Notes: generated from the letters alone by a model not told the origin. 32,809 nt of DNA from Solirubrobacterales bacterium (GCA_035712865.1 DASTAI010000046.1:1-32809), one strand, 5' to 3'. Shown: positions 16,440-24,555, counted from the first letter of the stretch. Numbers and translations are program-made.

Positions 16440-18080
16440 GTGAAGGAAGCGGGGGTTCGCCTCGACTACGACTGGATCGTCATCGGCTCCGGTTTCGGCG
16501 GGTCGGTGTCCGCGCTCCGCCTGGCCGAGAAGGGCTATCGCGTGGCGATCCTGGAATGTGGGCGCCGCTACCGCGACGAGGACTTCGCCGAGTCCACCTG
16601 GAACCTCCGCCGCTACTACTGGATGCCGAGGATCGGGCTGCGCGGCATCTTCCGGATGACGGTCTTCAAGGACGTCTTCATCGTCTCCGGGTCGGGTGTC
16701 GGGGGCGGCAGCCTGGGCTACGCGAACACCCTCTACCGGGCGAGGCCCGCCTTCTTCCGCGACCCGCAGTGGGAATCGCTGGGCGATTGGGAGTCGGCGC
16801 TCGAACCCCACTACGAGACCGCCGAGCACATGCTCGGCGTCACCGACTATCCGCTCGAGGGGCCGGCGGACGTTCTGCTGAAGGAGTATGGCGAGGAGAT
16901 CGGGGTCGGCGAGAGCTACAAGCACACCAGGGTCGGGGCGTTCTTCGGCGACCCCGGCCGAGAGGTGCCCGACCCGTACTTCGACGGCGAGGGACCGGCA
17001 CGCTCGGGCTGCGTCGGCTGCGGGAGCTGCATGGTCGGCTGCCGCTACAACGCCAAGAACACGCTGGTGAAGAACTACCTCTGGTTCGCCGAAAAGCTCG
17101 GCGCGCGGATCCTCGCGGAGCGCCAGGTCACCGACGTGCGGCCGATCTCCGGTGGGTCGGCCGACGGCTCCGATGGCTACGAGATCTCGAGCGAGCGCTC
17201 CGGCTCCTGGACGCGGAAGGAGCGCTCGACGCTGACCGCGCGGGGCGTGGTGCTCTCCGCCGGCGCCCTGGGGACGAATGAGCTGCTCGCGAACTGCCGC
17301 CACCGGGGCTCGCTCCCCCGGCTGTCACGACGCCTGGGCGAGCTGGTTCGAACCAACAGCGAGTCGATCAACGCCGTCACGGCACCCAGCGACGAGCGGG
17401 ACTTCGCCAAGTCGGTCGCGATCAGCTCCAGCATCTACCCGGATCCCGACACGCATATCGAGGTCGTCACCTACGGCAAACGCGCGGACTCGATGAGCTA
17501 CCTGTTCACGCTGCTGACCGGCCAGGGGTCGAGGCTGACCCGGCCGCTCCTCTGGCTGGGCCAGATCCTCCGGCATCCGTTGCGGTTCCTTCGCCTCCTC
17601 TGGCCGCTGCGGTGGTCACGCCGAACGGTGATCCTGCTCGTCATGCAAACGCTCGACAACGCGATCCGGCTGCGACCGAAGCGGCGGCTGCTGGGTCGCG
17701 GCGTGAGGCTCCAGACCGAGCAGGATCCGGAGAAGCCGAACCCGACCTTCATCCCCGCCGCCGACCACGTCGCCCGCTGGATGGCGGAGCGGACGGGCGG
17801 GGTCGCCCAGAGCGGCATCAACGAGGCGATCTTCAACATCCCGACGACGGCGCACATCCTCGGCGGGGCCGCAATCGGGGCTGATGCGGAGCACGGCGTC
17901 GTCGACGAGCGGAACCGCGTCTTCGGCTACGAGAACCTGATGGTCTGCGACGGAGCGGCCGTGCCGGCAAACCCTGGCGTCAATCCCAGCCTGACGATCA
18001 CGGCAATGGCCGAGCACGCGATGACGCACGTGCCGGCGAAGGCGGACCAAGCGTCGGGCGCGCGGGTCCTGTCGCCGTAG
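16440..18080 (+). CDS. GMC-family FAD oxidoreductase of the ChoD (putative cholesterol oxidase, Rv3409c-like) type
   Basis: Motifs present: DYDWIVIGSGFGGSVSALRLAEKGYRV (Rossmann GxGxxG), GSGVGGGSLGYANTLY, GCVGCGSCMVGCRYNAKNTL, RTNSESI, and the C-terminal HILGGAAIG...GVVDERNRVFGYENLMVCDGAAVPANPGVNPSLTI. These align along the whole length with my recollection of M. tuberculosis ChoD. The start is uncertain: in-frame TTG 16401, GTG 16413 and GTG 16440 are all candidates. GTG 16440 gives an MKEAGVRLDYDW N-terminus like ChoD. It has TACGCT (TANNNT) 6 nt upstream, consistent with a leaderless mRNA. Confidence 0.85.
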   Translation: MKEAGVRLDYDWIVIGSGFGGSVSALRLAEKGYRVAILECGRRYRDEDFAESTWNLRRYYWMPRIGLRGIFRMTVFKDVFIVSGSGVGGGSLGYANTLYRARPAFFRDPQWESLGDWESALEPHYETAEHMLGVTDYPLEGPADVLLKEYGEEIGVGESYKHTRVGAFFGDPGREVPDPYFDGEGPARSGCVGCGSCMVGCRYNAKNTLVKNYLWFAEKLGARILAERQVTDVRPISGGSADGSDGYEISSERSGSWTRKERSTLTARGVVLSAGALGTNELLANCRHRGSLPRLSRRLGELVRTNSESINAVTAPSDERDFAKSVAISSSIYPDPDTHIEVVTYGKRADSMSYLFTLLTGQGSRLTRPLLWLGQILRHPLRFLRLLWPLRWSRRTVILLVMQTLDNAIRLRPKRRLLGRGVRLQTEQDPEKPNPTFIPAADHVARWMAERTGGVAQSGINEAIFNIPTTAHILGGAAIGADAEHGVVDERNRVFGYENLMVCDGAAVPANPGVNPSLTITAMAEHAMTHVPAKADQASGARVLSP

Positions 18081-18085
18081 GAACC

Positions 18086-18117
18086 TCCCACGGATGCGCC
18101 TGACGGCGCAACCGTGG
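18086..18117. terminator. Strong GC-rich hairpin between convergent choD-like and sodA genes; bidirectional terminator candidate
   Basis: The sequence reads CCCACGG-A-TGCGCC-TGAC-GGCGCA-A-CCGTGGG. This gives a 13-bp stem with one symmetric A/A mismatch and a 4-nt loop, starting 6 nt after the stop at 18080. Confidence 0.55.
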
Positions 18118-18165
18118 GCCCCTCCTACGGCACCACCCGCGCGACTTTCGTATCGGTTCGCGGCG

Positions 18166-18771
18166 CTAGCTGCTGGCGGAGCCGAAATGCTCTGCGGCCT
18201 TGGCCCAGCTCACGACGTTCCACCAAGCATCGATGTAGTCCGGACGCTTGTTCTGGTACTTGAGGTAGTAGGCGTGCTCCCAGACGTCGACGCCGATGAT
18301 CGGGGTCTGTCCGTCCGAGATTGGGGAGTCCTGGTTGGCGCTCGAAACGACCGCTAGCCCCGAGCCGTCGTGCACGAGCCAGCTCCAGCCTGAGCCAAAA
18401 CGGTTGACGCCGGCGTTCTTGAACTCCTCCTGGAAGTCGGAGAAAGAACCGAATTTGTCGTTGATGGCGTCCGCGAGGTCGCCGTCGGGCTCGCCGCCGC
18501 CGTCCGGGCTCATGATCTCCCAGAAGAAGCTGTGGTTCGAGTGGCCGCCGGCGTTGTTGCGGACCGCCGTCTCCTTGTCACCAAGCTTGTCGAGGTTCTG
18601 AAGGACCTCGTTGACGTCCTTGTCCGCCCACTCGGTGCCCTCGAGGGCGGCGTTGGCCTTGTCCACGTACGCCTGGTGATGCTTGTCGTGATGGACGCGC
18701 ATCGTCTGCTCGTCGATGTGCGGCTCGAGCGCGTTGTATTCGTAGGGAAGGTCCGGGACCTCGAAAGCCAT
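18166..18771 (-). CDS. sodA: Fe/Mn superoxide dismutase
   Basis: 201 aa. [36 protein letters not shown]..., ...[10 protein letters not shown]... and ...[19 protein letters not shown]... are canonical Fe/Mn-SOD motifs and metal ligands. GAAGGAG lies 5 nt upstream of the ATG. Confidence 0.95.
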   Translation of the reverse strand: MAFEVPDLPYEYNALEPHIDEQTMRVHHDKHHQAYVDKANAALEGTEWADKDVNEVLQNLDKLGDKETAVRNNAGGHSNHSFFWEIMSPDGGGEPDGDLADAINDKFGSFSDFQEEFKNAGVNRFGSGWSWLVHDGSGLAVVSSANQDSPISDGQTPIIGVDVWEHAYYLKYQNKRPDYIDAWWNVVSWAKAAEHFGSASS

Positions 18772-18821
18772 CTGCGCTCCTTCGTCGTGGGGAGAAACCT
18801 CGGACTTCTAATCTAACGATC

Positions 18822-19556
18822 GTGCACAGCGGCCCGCCCGGCGGAGGAACGTGGACCGGCGTCGCCGTGACCGTCGCGGGCATCCTGGTCGGCGTGGCTG
18901 TGGCGCTCGCGGTCCCCTCACTTCGCGACGCCGTCGGCGACGCGATCCAGGGCAACACCGAGCAGGTGCGCCACGACCTCGGCGGCAGCGCCGCCGGTCC
19001 CCTGCTCGTCTTCTGGCTCGCCATGGTGCACGTGGTCGTCTGGTATCCGGCCGAGATCCTCGACGCGGCCGCCGGATACGTGTTCGGCTTCGGCGCCGGG
19101 TTCCCGCTCGTCATGGGGAGCTGGATCGTCTCCGGTCTCGCCTCCTACGCGGTCGGGCGTCACTTCGCGCGTCCCCTCCTCTACCGACTGGCGGGGGAGG
19201 AGCGCTTCAAGCACGCCGAGGAGCTGATCCATCGCGGTGGCGCCATCGCCCTGATCGGCGGCCGGCTGATCCCGATCGTCCCGTTCAGCCTCATGGGCTA
19301 CGTCTGCGGCGCCGCGCGTGTCCCGCTGGTCCGCTTCACCTGGACCACCGCCGTGGGCTACGCGCCGATCACCGCCTACTTCACCTACCTGGGGAGCAAG
19401 CTCGAGGGGTTCTCGGCGCAGGACCCGATCCTCTGGATCGGCGGAGTCGGCCTGCTCCTCTGCATGCTCCTCGTCCGCTATCTCCTGCCGAGGGCGGGGA
19501 AGAAGCCCGAGCAGGGGCCGAAACCGGAGGCGCAGCCGGAGCCGGAGAAGAGCTAG
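18822..19556 (+). CDS. TVP38/TMEM64 (DedA-superfamily, SNARE-associated-like) membrane protein
   Basis: 244 aa with multiple TM segments. The core ...YPAEILDAAAGYVFGFGAGFPLVMGSWIVSGLASYAVGRHFARP...GGRLIPIVPFSLMGYVCGAARVP... fits this family. The tail is Pro/Glu/Lys-rich. GTG start. Confidence 0.8.
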   Translation: MHSGPPGGGTWTGVAVTVAGILVGVAVALAVPSLRDAVGDAIQGNTEQVRHDLGGSAAGPLLVFWLAMVHVVVWYPAEILDAAAGYVFGFGAGFPLVMGSWIVSGLASYAVGRHFARPLLYRLAGEERFKHAEELIHRGGAIALIGGRLIPIVPFSLMGYVCGAARVPLVRFTWTTAVGYAPITAYFTYLGSKLEGFSAQDPILWIGGVGLLLCMLLVRYLLPRAGKKPEQGPKPEAQPEPEKS

Positions 19557-20638
19557 GCCGGCAGGGGCGAGCCGCTGGCGAGCCTGCGCGCGACCTCCCG
19601 CAGGCGAGCCTCGTCGTCGCTGATCAGGCGATCGGCGGCCTCGTTCAGCTGGCTCACGGCGCGCGGCGAGGCATCGTCGAGCGGCGTGCTCACCTCGAGC
19701 TTGGTCTGGAAGCGGAAGTAGTGAGGTCCCGCCCCCTGTGAGATGGGGTCCAGCATCGCCCGTCCGGGCTTGTGATTGAGGAGGATCTCGACCCAATGGT
19801 CGGCGGCATCCGATTGGCCGTCGAGGAACGCCGCGATCAGAGCCGGATCCTGGCGTCGGGGAAAGATGCAGCCGATCCGGCCCCACCGGCGCACCTGTGA
19901 CTGGGGGTGACCCGTCTCGTGCTGGCCCGTCCCGAGCGAGACGAGCAGGAGGTCGCCGGCGCTGAGATCGTGGGGCTCTTCGTCTCGCCGCTTGAGCGCC
20001 TCGACCACTGCCGCGACGGACGGGTTGGCCGCGAACAGGCCGCCGTCCACGAGCGCGCGGGCGCCGAGCCCGTGCGAGGGGAAGTAGGTCGGCGCCGCGG
20101 AGGTCGACAGCCCGACGTCGACCATCTCGACGTCGCGCTCTGCCGACTCCCTGGCGCGCCACCGCTTGAAGAAGTGCGGGCCCGGCTCGCTCATGTCGTA
20201 TGAGGTGACGATCAGCTCCCGCAGCGCATCCCGGAGCCTCGCCTCGCCGAAGCGCTCGCGGAGCGCCCGCTCGAGCCGGGCCTCCGAGTGCTTCGGCGCG
20301 ATCCAGCCTCCGAGGCTGAGGAGCTTGTGCAGCGTGTCGCCGAAGATCTTCGGTCCCTCGGTCTCGTAGAGCTCGACGAGGTCCGCGGCACTCAGGCGCG
20401 GCCTCGTCGGATTGGCCGGATCGGGCACGGTCAGGCCCAGTGCGATCAGGCCGCCGGTCGAGGTCCCCGCGAACATGTGGAAGCAATCGGCGAGCTGCCG
20501 TTCCCCTCCGGCCTCCTCGCTGATCAGCTCCTCGAGCCGCGCGAGGACCCGGGCCGCGATCAGCCCGCGGATGCCGCCGCCGTCGATCGAGAGCACGCGG
20601 AAGCGGTCGGCCGGCGTCGTCTCCCCCTGAGCCGGCAC
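19553..20638 (-). CDS. Patatin-like phospholipase
   Basis: Motifs present: FRVLSIDGGGIRGL (oxyanion GGGxRG), FAGTSTGGLIA (GxSxG nucleophile) and ALVDGGLFANP (catalytic Asp). I chose GTG 20638 (361 aa) because the track's longer N-terminus runs through the upstream NTF2-like gene. The stop overlaps the TVP38 stop in CTAG (19553-19556). Confidence 0.85.
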   Translation of the reverse strand: MPAQGETTPADRFRVLSIDGGGIRGLIAARVLARLEELISEEAGGERQLADCFHMFAGTSTGGLIALGLTVPDPANPTRPRLSAADLVELYETEGPKIFGDTLHKLLSLGGWIAPKHSEARLERALRERFGEARLRDALRELIVTSYDMSEPGPHFFKRWRARESAERDVEMVDVGLSTSAAPTYFPSHGLGARALVDGGLFAANPSVAAVVEALKRRDEEPHDLSAGDLLLVSLGTGQHETGHPQSQVRRWGRIGCIFPRRQDPALIAAFLDGQSDAADHWVEILLNHKPGRAMLDPISQGAGPHYFRFQTKLEVSTPLDDASPRAVSQLNEAADRLISDDEARLREVARRLASGSPLPA

Positions 20639-20646
20639 CTCGCCTG

Positions 20647-21111
20647 TCAGCCTCCGCCGCGGAACTTCGAGAGGTCGGCGAGGGCCTGCCGCCTGACCAC
20701 CCGGTTCAGCGGCGGCAGCCCGAGCACCAGCCCGGGTGGCCCGAGTGCCTGGCGCGCCCAGCCCCAGAAGGAGAAGGAGTCTCGGTGCTCGACGATGCGT
20801 CCGTCCCGGAAACCGAAGACCGCGCGCACGTCGTTCACCACCGGCCTGCCCGTGCGCGTGAAGGTGTAGCGGGCGATCCATCGCGCCGTGCCGGTGTCCT
20901 CGTCCGCCGAATGCTCGGCAAGATCAACCGAGAGATCCTCGGCCCGGGCGGTCAGCATCCGCCACATGTCCCCCGCCTCGGCTCCGGTCAGCGCCCCGAA
21001 GGCCGGATCGCTGAAATGGCCCTCCGGATCGTAGAGCCGGGCCATCGCCTCGCCGTCGTGACGGTCCAGCGCCGCGTAGAGGTCTCGAATCAGCTGGTCG
21101 TTGTCCGCCAC
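20647..21111 (-). CDS. NTF2-fold (SnoaL / ketosteroid-isomerase-like) family protein
   Basis: 154 aa. LIRDLYAALDRHDGEAMARLYDPEGHFSDPAFG...ARWIARYTFTRTGRPVVNDVRAVFGFRDGRIVEHRD is the typical SnoaL-like cone pattern. GTG start. It ends 8 nt before the patatin start. Confidence 0.7.
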   Translation of the reverse strand: MADNDQLIRDLYAALDRHDGEAMARLYDPEGHFSDPAFGALTGAEAGDMWRMLTARAEDLSVDLAEHSADEDTGTARWIARYTFTRTGRPVVNDVRAVFGFRDGRIVEHRDSFSFWGWARQALGPPGLVLGLPPLNRVVRRQALADLSKFRGGG

Positions 21112-21178
21112 GCGTCAACGCTACCCGCTGCCGCGCGCTCTGCGGCGCTCGGCGCGTCCGCTCTATCCTTCAGCGCTT

Positions 21179-21252
21179 CGGGGCGTGGCGCAGCCTGGTA
21201 GCGCGCACCGTTCGGGTCGGTGAGGTCCCCGGTTCAAATCCGGGCGCCCCGA
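21179..21252 (+). tRNA. tRNA-Pro (anticodon CGG)
   Basis: Folded by hand into a 74-nt cloverleaf:
- Acceptor stem CGGGGCG/CGCCCCG.
- D stem GCGC/GCGC with loop AGCCTGGTA.
- Anticodon stem CACCG/CGGTG with loop TTCGGGT, so the anticodon is CGG.
- Variable region AGGTC.
- T stem CCCGG/CCGGG with loop TTCAAAT.
- Discriminator A; CCA is not encoded. Confidence 0.92.
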
Positions 21253-21264
21253 TTACCTCGACCC

Positions 21265-24200
21265 TCAGCTCGGCGTCAGGACGCGGAACTTGCGGACGGC
21301 CGGAGTCGGGTCGGTCCCCCCGGACCCGACGGCCCTCACCTGCAGCCTGTGCTTCCCGGGGCGCAGCTTCGGCGTCTTGAAGGGCGACGCGCAGCCGACG
21401 AATTGCCGCTTGTCGACCTTGCACTGGAAGCTGGCTCCGGCCTCGTTCGAGGTGAACTTGAACTTCGGTCGCGTTTTGCGCGTCTTCTTCGGGCCCTTGG
21501 TGATCGTCGTCTCGGGGGGCGTCAGCGGCGTCTGGATCGAGAACGAGCGCGTGGCGATCGAGCTGTTCGTGGCCGCGTCCGTGCCCAGGACGCGGAACGT
21601 GTAGAAGCCGTCGGCCAGCGGGCTCGCCGGAGTGTCGCTGTTCCCGGGACCGGAGCAGGCCCGGAAGGCGGCGGTGCCGGTGTCGATCGAGCACTGGAAC
21701 GTCACCGGCCCCGACGGGTCCGAGCCGCTGAACGTGAACGTCGGCGAATGCTCGGTCGTGGGCCCGGTCGGCCCGCCATCGACGCTGACGGAGGGAGGAG
21801 TCGCGTCGACCTGGAAGCTCCGGGTCGCCTCGGTGGAGGTGTTCCCCGCCGCGTCGGTGGCCCTCACGCGGAAGGTGCGGGAACCGTCGGAGAGCGGACT
21901 CGCGGGAGTGTCCGTGTCGCCCGGCCCGGAGCAGGTGCCGTAGCTCGCCGTGCCCGTGTCGATCGAGCACTCGAAGCTGACCGGGCCGACCGCGTCCGTC
22001 GCGGTGAAGGAGAAGGTGGGACTCCGGTCGTTCGTCAGACCGCTGGGACCGCCGGTGACGCTCGCCACCGGCGGGATCGAGTCCTCGACATACGTCTCGG
22101 ACGCCGCCGCCGTCCCCAGAGTCGAAGAACAGTCGGAGACGTTGTTGGCACCGTCGGTGGCGGTCGCGTAGTAGGTGGTGCTGGAGTTGTCAGGGACTGG
22201 GTCGACGGAGATCCCCGGAGCCGCGAAGTCGCTGTCCGTGCCCTGGCCGACCTGCGCGGTGCAGCCGGCGTCCGTATACAGAGTCACGGTCGAACCGGCA
22301 TCCGCCGTACCGAAGATCTTCGGGTTGTTGTCGTTCGCGGGGGAGTCCGGAGTCGTTCCGTTCAGGCACGGGACCGTGGGGCCGGTTCCGGCCGTGTCCA
22401 CCGTGACGAGCCCGGTTGCCGTCACGGACTGGCCGTCCGGGTTGGTGATGGTCACGTCCACGGGGCCGCTCGTCGCCGACCTGGTGTCGAGGTCCAGGCT
22501 CACGTGGGTGGGGTCCGTGAAGGTCACGTCATTCACGCCCACACCCCCCGTGACGGAGGCACTGATGTGGCTCGGATATCCGGGGCCGCCCGGATCCGGG
22601 CCCGGGTCGAAGAATCCCGACCCGTCGGTCGAGGTCCCGTCGACGTCCACCGCCACGGAGCACTGGCCGAGGGGGATCGTGGCCGGCGTCGCCGTGTCAG
22701 GCGTGGCCGGCGGCGGGGCGAGCAGCTTGATCACCCTGACCGCCCAGGAGTTGTTTGCGTTCGCGTACTCCTGGAAGGTCCAGAAGGTCATGTTGTCGCT
22801 CGGGTCGACGACGGTCTGGGAGTAGTCGCCCCAGCGACGCGGGGTGCCGCCTCCGAGGTTGTAGCTGCCCCCCGGACTCTGTGTGAGCTGGAAGGCATTG
22901 GTCTGTCCGGCGGGGTCGGTGAACAGGCGCCCCGACGATGCGATGCCGGCCTGATTGGTCGGCCCAGCGGTGCTGGAGTTCAGGGAGGCGTTCCCCTGGC
23001 CGTTCATCGCGATCGACGGCATCCAGAACCACCTCGGATTGCTGACCGTCGGGTCGACGAGGGTGCCGGACTGTACGAGCGAGGGCGTGCCGTCGAGGTT
23101 CCCGAGCTGATACCAGCGCGCCGCCGAGCGATCGCCGCTCGGGCTCGCCACGCCCGAGGAGTTGACGAGGAGGTTGTGGGCCGTCCACAGCGTCGGCGTC
23201 CCGGTCGGGTCCTCCCCGATCCTCGCCTCGAAGAGTCGATCATCGAGTGCGTCCAGGCCGCCGGTCGTGCCCTGGGCCGCCACCGGGAACGGACTGGGCG
23301 TGAACGTGGTCGGGACGGTCAGCGTGTTCGCCGACATCGTCGGATTGCCGCCCGGGTCGTTGATCTTGCGAATGTCGAGACGGCTGAACAACGAGGCGTC
23401 GGGCCCGACCACGTACCCGGTGTCGATCCCCGGGACCATGTCCGTTGCCGGCTGCGGAGAGGCCGGGCCCTGTCCCCCCGAGATCAGGTTGCGGAAGGCC
23501 GTCACGACGATCGGACCGGCCCCCAGGACCGAGGACTTCCTGATCACATAGACCGTGGTCCCGGCGAAGCCGGTCGCCGGCGGGGCGGCGAACTCGTTGA
23601 CGCCGATGTAGATCGCGTTCTCGTCGACCCCCAGCTGTGGATAGTCCGCGAAGCGCGGGCTCGCTGACGGCGGTGGCGCGGCCTGGTTGAACGCGAAGAA
23701 GGTGAAGTCGCTGGTGCTGGTGATCGTCGGCCCGTCGCTGACGGCCAGCATGATCCGGTTGTTCGAGTCCTCGGTGTTGATTCCCGAGACGATCCAGCGC
23801 TGGGAGAGGCGGTCGTACTCCACTCCGGGGTCGGTCGGTTCGCTGCCATTGCGTACCGGCGCCCAGAAGGTCGAGTCGCTGACGTTGAGGCCGCCGGGGT
23901 TCCCCTGCTTGTCGAACACCTTGATGCGGCCGTTGACGAAGACGAGCACCTGACTGGGCCCCACGCCTCCCATGGAATCCGGCGGGATGAAGCCCGATTC
24001 GTTGCTCTGTACGCCGAGGAAGCTGGTGGAGGGGTTGACCGCCTGGCGCGGCCCGATCGCCGCCCTCCCGACGCGCTGCAGACGCGTTCCGGCGGCCTCC
24101 TGCTTCCGTGGCACGTGCTCCTCGCCGGGCGGCTCCGGCTTCTCGCGGATGTCGGCCTCCTCAGCCGCGCGCTCGCGGATGGCGCCGGCCCGCTCGGCCT

Positions 24201-24540
24201 CCGGCCCGCCTTCCTCGGCCGCCGGCGGCTCTTCGCCGGAGCCCTTGCCCTCCTCCTCGCCCTCCTGCCGCGCCGCCGCCTCGTTTGCGGCCTCACGGGC
24301 GGCCTCCTCGGCCTCGAGGTCCCGGTTGCGCCGCGCCTCTATCTCGGGGTGGCGGTCCAGAAAGCGCTGTCGCGCGTTCATCGAAGCGACGTTGTGGCTG
24401 ATCCCCGCGGCACCGATGAAGGGGGTGCCCTGCACCAGCTCGGTCTCCCCCTCGCCCCCGCCGCCGGAGACGACCAGCACCACGACCAGAGCCGCCAGCG
24501 CTACAGCAAGGAGTCCCGCCAGAACCGCGCGCCGATTCAT
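21265..24540 (-). CDS. Large secreted or cell-surface protein: N-terminal signal-anchor, acidic low-complexity linker, ~480-aa probable beta-propeller-like domain, then several Ig-like domains
   Basis: 1091 aa with high GC3 throughout. Domain order:
- MNRRAVLAGLLAVALAALVVVLVV anchor.
- Glu/Ala-rich region (EAEEAAREAANEAAARQEGEEEGKG...).
- Central region with ...GGVGPSQVLVFVNGRIKVFDK... and ...PRRWGDYSQTVVDPSDNMTFWTFQEY....
- C-terminal Ig-like modules with PxFxF...FxC.iD...C motifs. Confidence 0.85.
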   Translation of the reverse strand: MNRRAVLAGLLAVALAALVVVLVVSGGGGEGETELVQGTPFIGAAGISHNVASMNARQRFLDRHPEIEARRNRDLEAEEAAREAANEAAARQEGEEEGKGSGEEPPAAEEGGPEAERAGAIRERAAEEADIREKPEPPGEEHVPRKQEAAGTRLQRVGRAAIGPRQAVNPSTSFLGVQSNESGFIPPDSMGGVGPSQVLVFVNGRIKVFDKQGNPGGLNVSDSTFWAPVRNGSEPTDPGVEYDRLSQRWIVSGINTEDSNNRIMLAVSDGPTITSTSDFTFFAFNQAAPPPSASPRFADYPQLGVDENAIYIGVNEFAAPPATGFAGTTVYVIRKSSVLGAGPIVVTAFRNLISGGQGPASPQPATDMVPGIDTGYVVGPDASLFSRLDIRKINDPGGNPTMSANTLTVPTTFTPSPFPVAAQGTTGGLDALDDRLFEARIGEDPTGTPTLWTAHNLLVNSSGVASPSGDRSAARWYQLGNLDGTPSLVQSGTLVDPTVSNPRWFWMPSIAMNGQGNASLNSSTAGPTNQAGIASSGRLFTDPAGQTNAFQLTQSPGGSYNLGGGTPRRWGDYSQTVVDPSDNMTFWTFQEYANANNSWAVRVIKLLAPPPATPDTATPATIPLGQCSVAVDVDGTSTDGSGFFDPGPDPGGPGYPSHISASVTGGVGVNDVTFTDPTHVSLDLDTRSATSGPVDVTITNPDGQSVTATGLVTVDTAGTGPTVPCLNGTTPDSPANDNNPKIFGTADAGSTVTLYTDAGCTAQVGQGTDSDFAAPGISVDPVPDNSSTTYYATATDGANNVSDCSSTLGTAAASETYVEDSIPPVASVTGGPSGLTNDRSPTFSFTATDAVGPVSFECSIDTGTASYGTCSGPGDTDTPASPLSDGSRTFRVRATDAAGNTSTEATRSFQVDATPPSVSVDGGPTGPTTEHSPTFTFSGSDPSGPVTFQCSIDTGTAAFRACSGPGNSDTPASPLADGFYTFRVLGTDAATNSSIATRSFSIQTPLTPPETTITKGPKKTRKTRPKFKFTSNEAGASFQCKVDKRQFVGCASPFKTPKLRPGKHRLQVRAVGSGGTDPTPAVRKFRVLTPS
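21268..22080 (-). repeat. Three tandem ~88-92-codon Ig-like repeats at the 3' end of the large secreted-protein gene
   Basis: The repeat units are 21805-22080, 21532-21804 and 21268-21531. Units 1 and 2 are clearly related at protein level (GGP.G.T....PTF.F...D..GPV.F.CSIDTGTA....CSGPG..DTPASPL.DG..TFRV..TDAA.N.S..ATRSF). They are also related at DNA level: GTGTCGATCGAGCACT recurs at ~273-nt spacing. Unit 3 is a divergent, Lys/Arg-rich copy. Confidence 0.75.
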
Positions 24541-24555
24541 GGGGAGGCGAGTCTA

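Noticed and set aside
18918-20486. 522-aa - strand ORF spanning the TVP38 and patatin genes
   Set aside because: It is out of frame with, or antisense to, two motif-supported genes. The translation is very Arg/Pro-rich.
19553-20638. Patatin-like lipase as a CBASS/anti-phage effector (CapV-like)
   Set aside because: No CD-NTase/cyclase, E1/E2/JAB or other defence-associated gene is adjacent. The neighbours are an NTF2-like protein, a DedA-like protein and sodA.
20639-20881. Long N-terminal extensions offered by the ORF track: patatin to 20881, and likewise 8345-9745, 24573-25727, 25523-26479, 28708-29799 and 2184-2276
   Set aside because: Each extension overlaps the neighbouring well-supported gene or an operator region, is Arg/Pro/Gly-rich, and precedes an internal start with a better SD or a proper signal or TM N-terminus.
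21139-21178. Promoter for tRNA-Pro (TATCCT at 21162-21167)
   Set aside because: There is only a weak -10-like hexamer with no convincing -35 element. The evidence is not strong enough to list as a feature.
21220-23667. 815-aa + strand ORF
   Set aside because: It is antisense to the 1091-aa secreted protein, and its 5' end would run through the tRNA-Pro gene. The composition is Arg/Gly-rich with no motifs.
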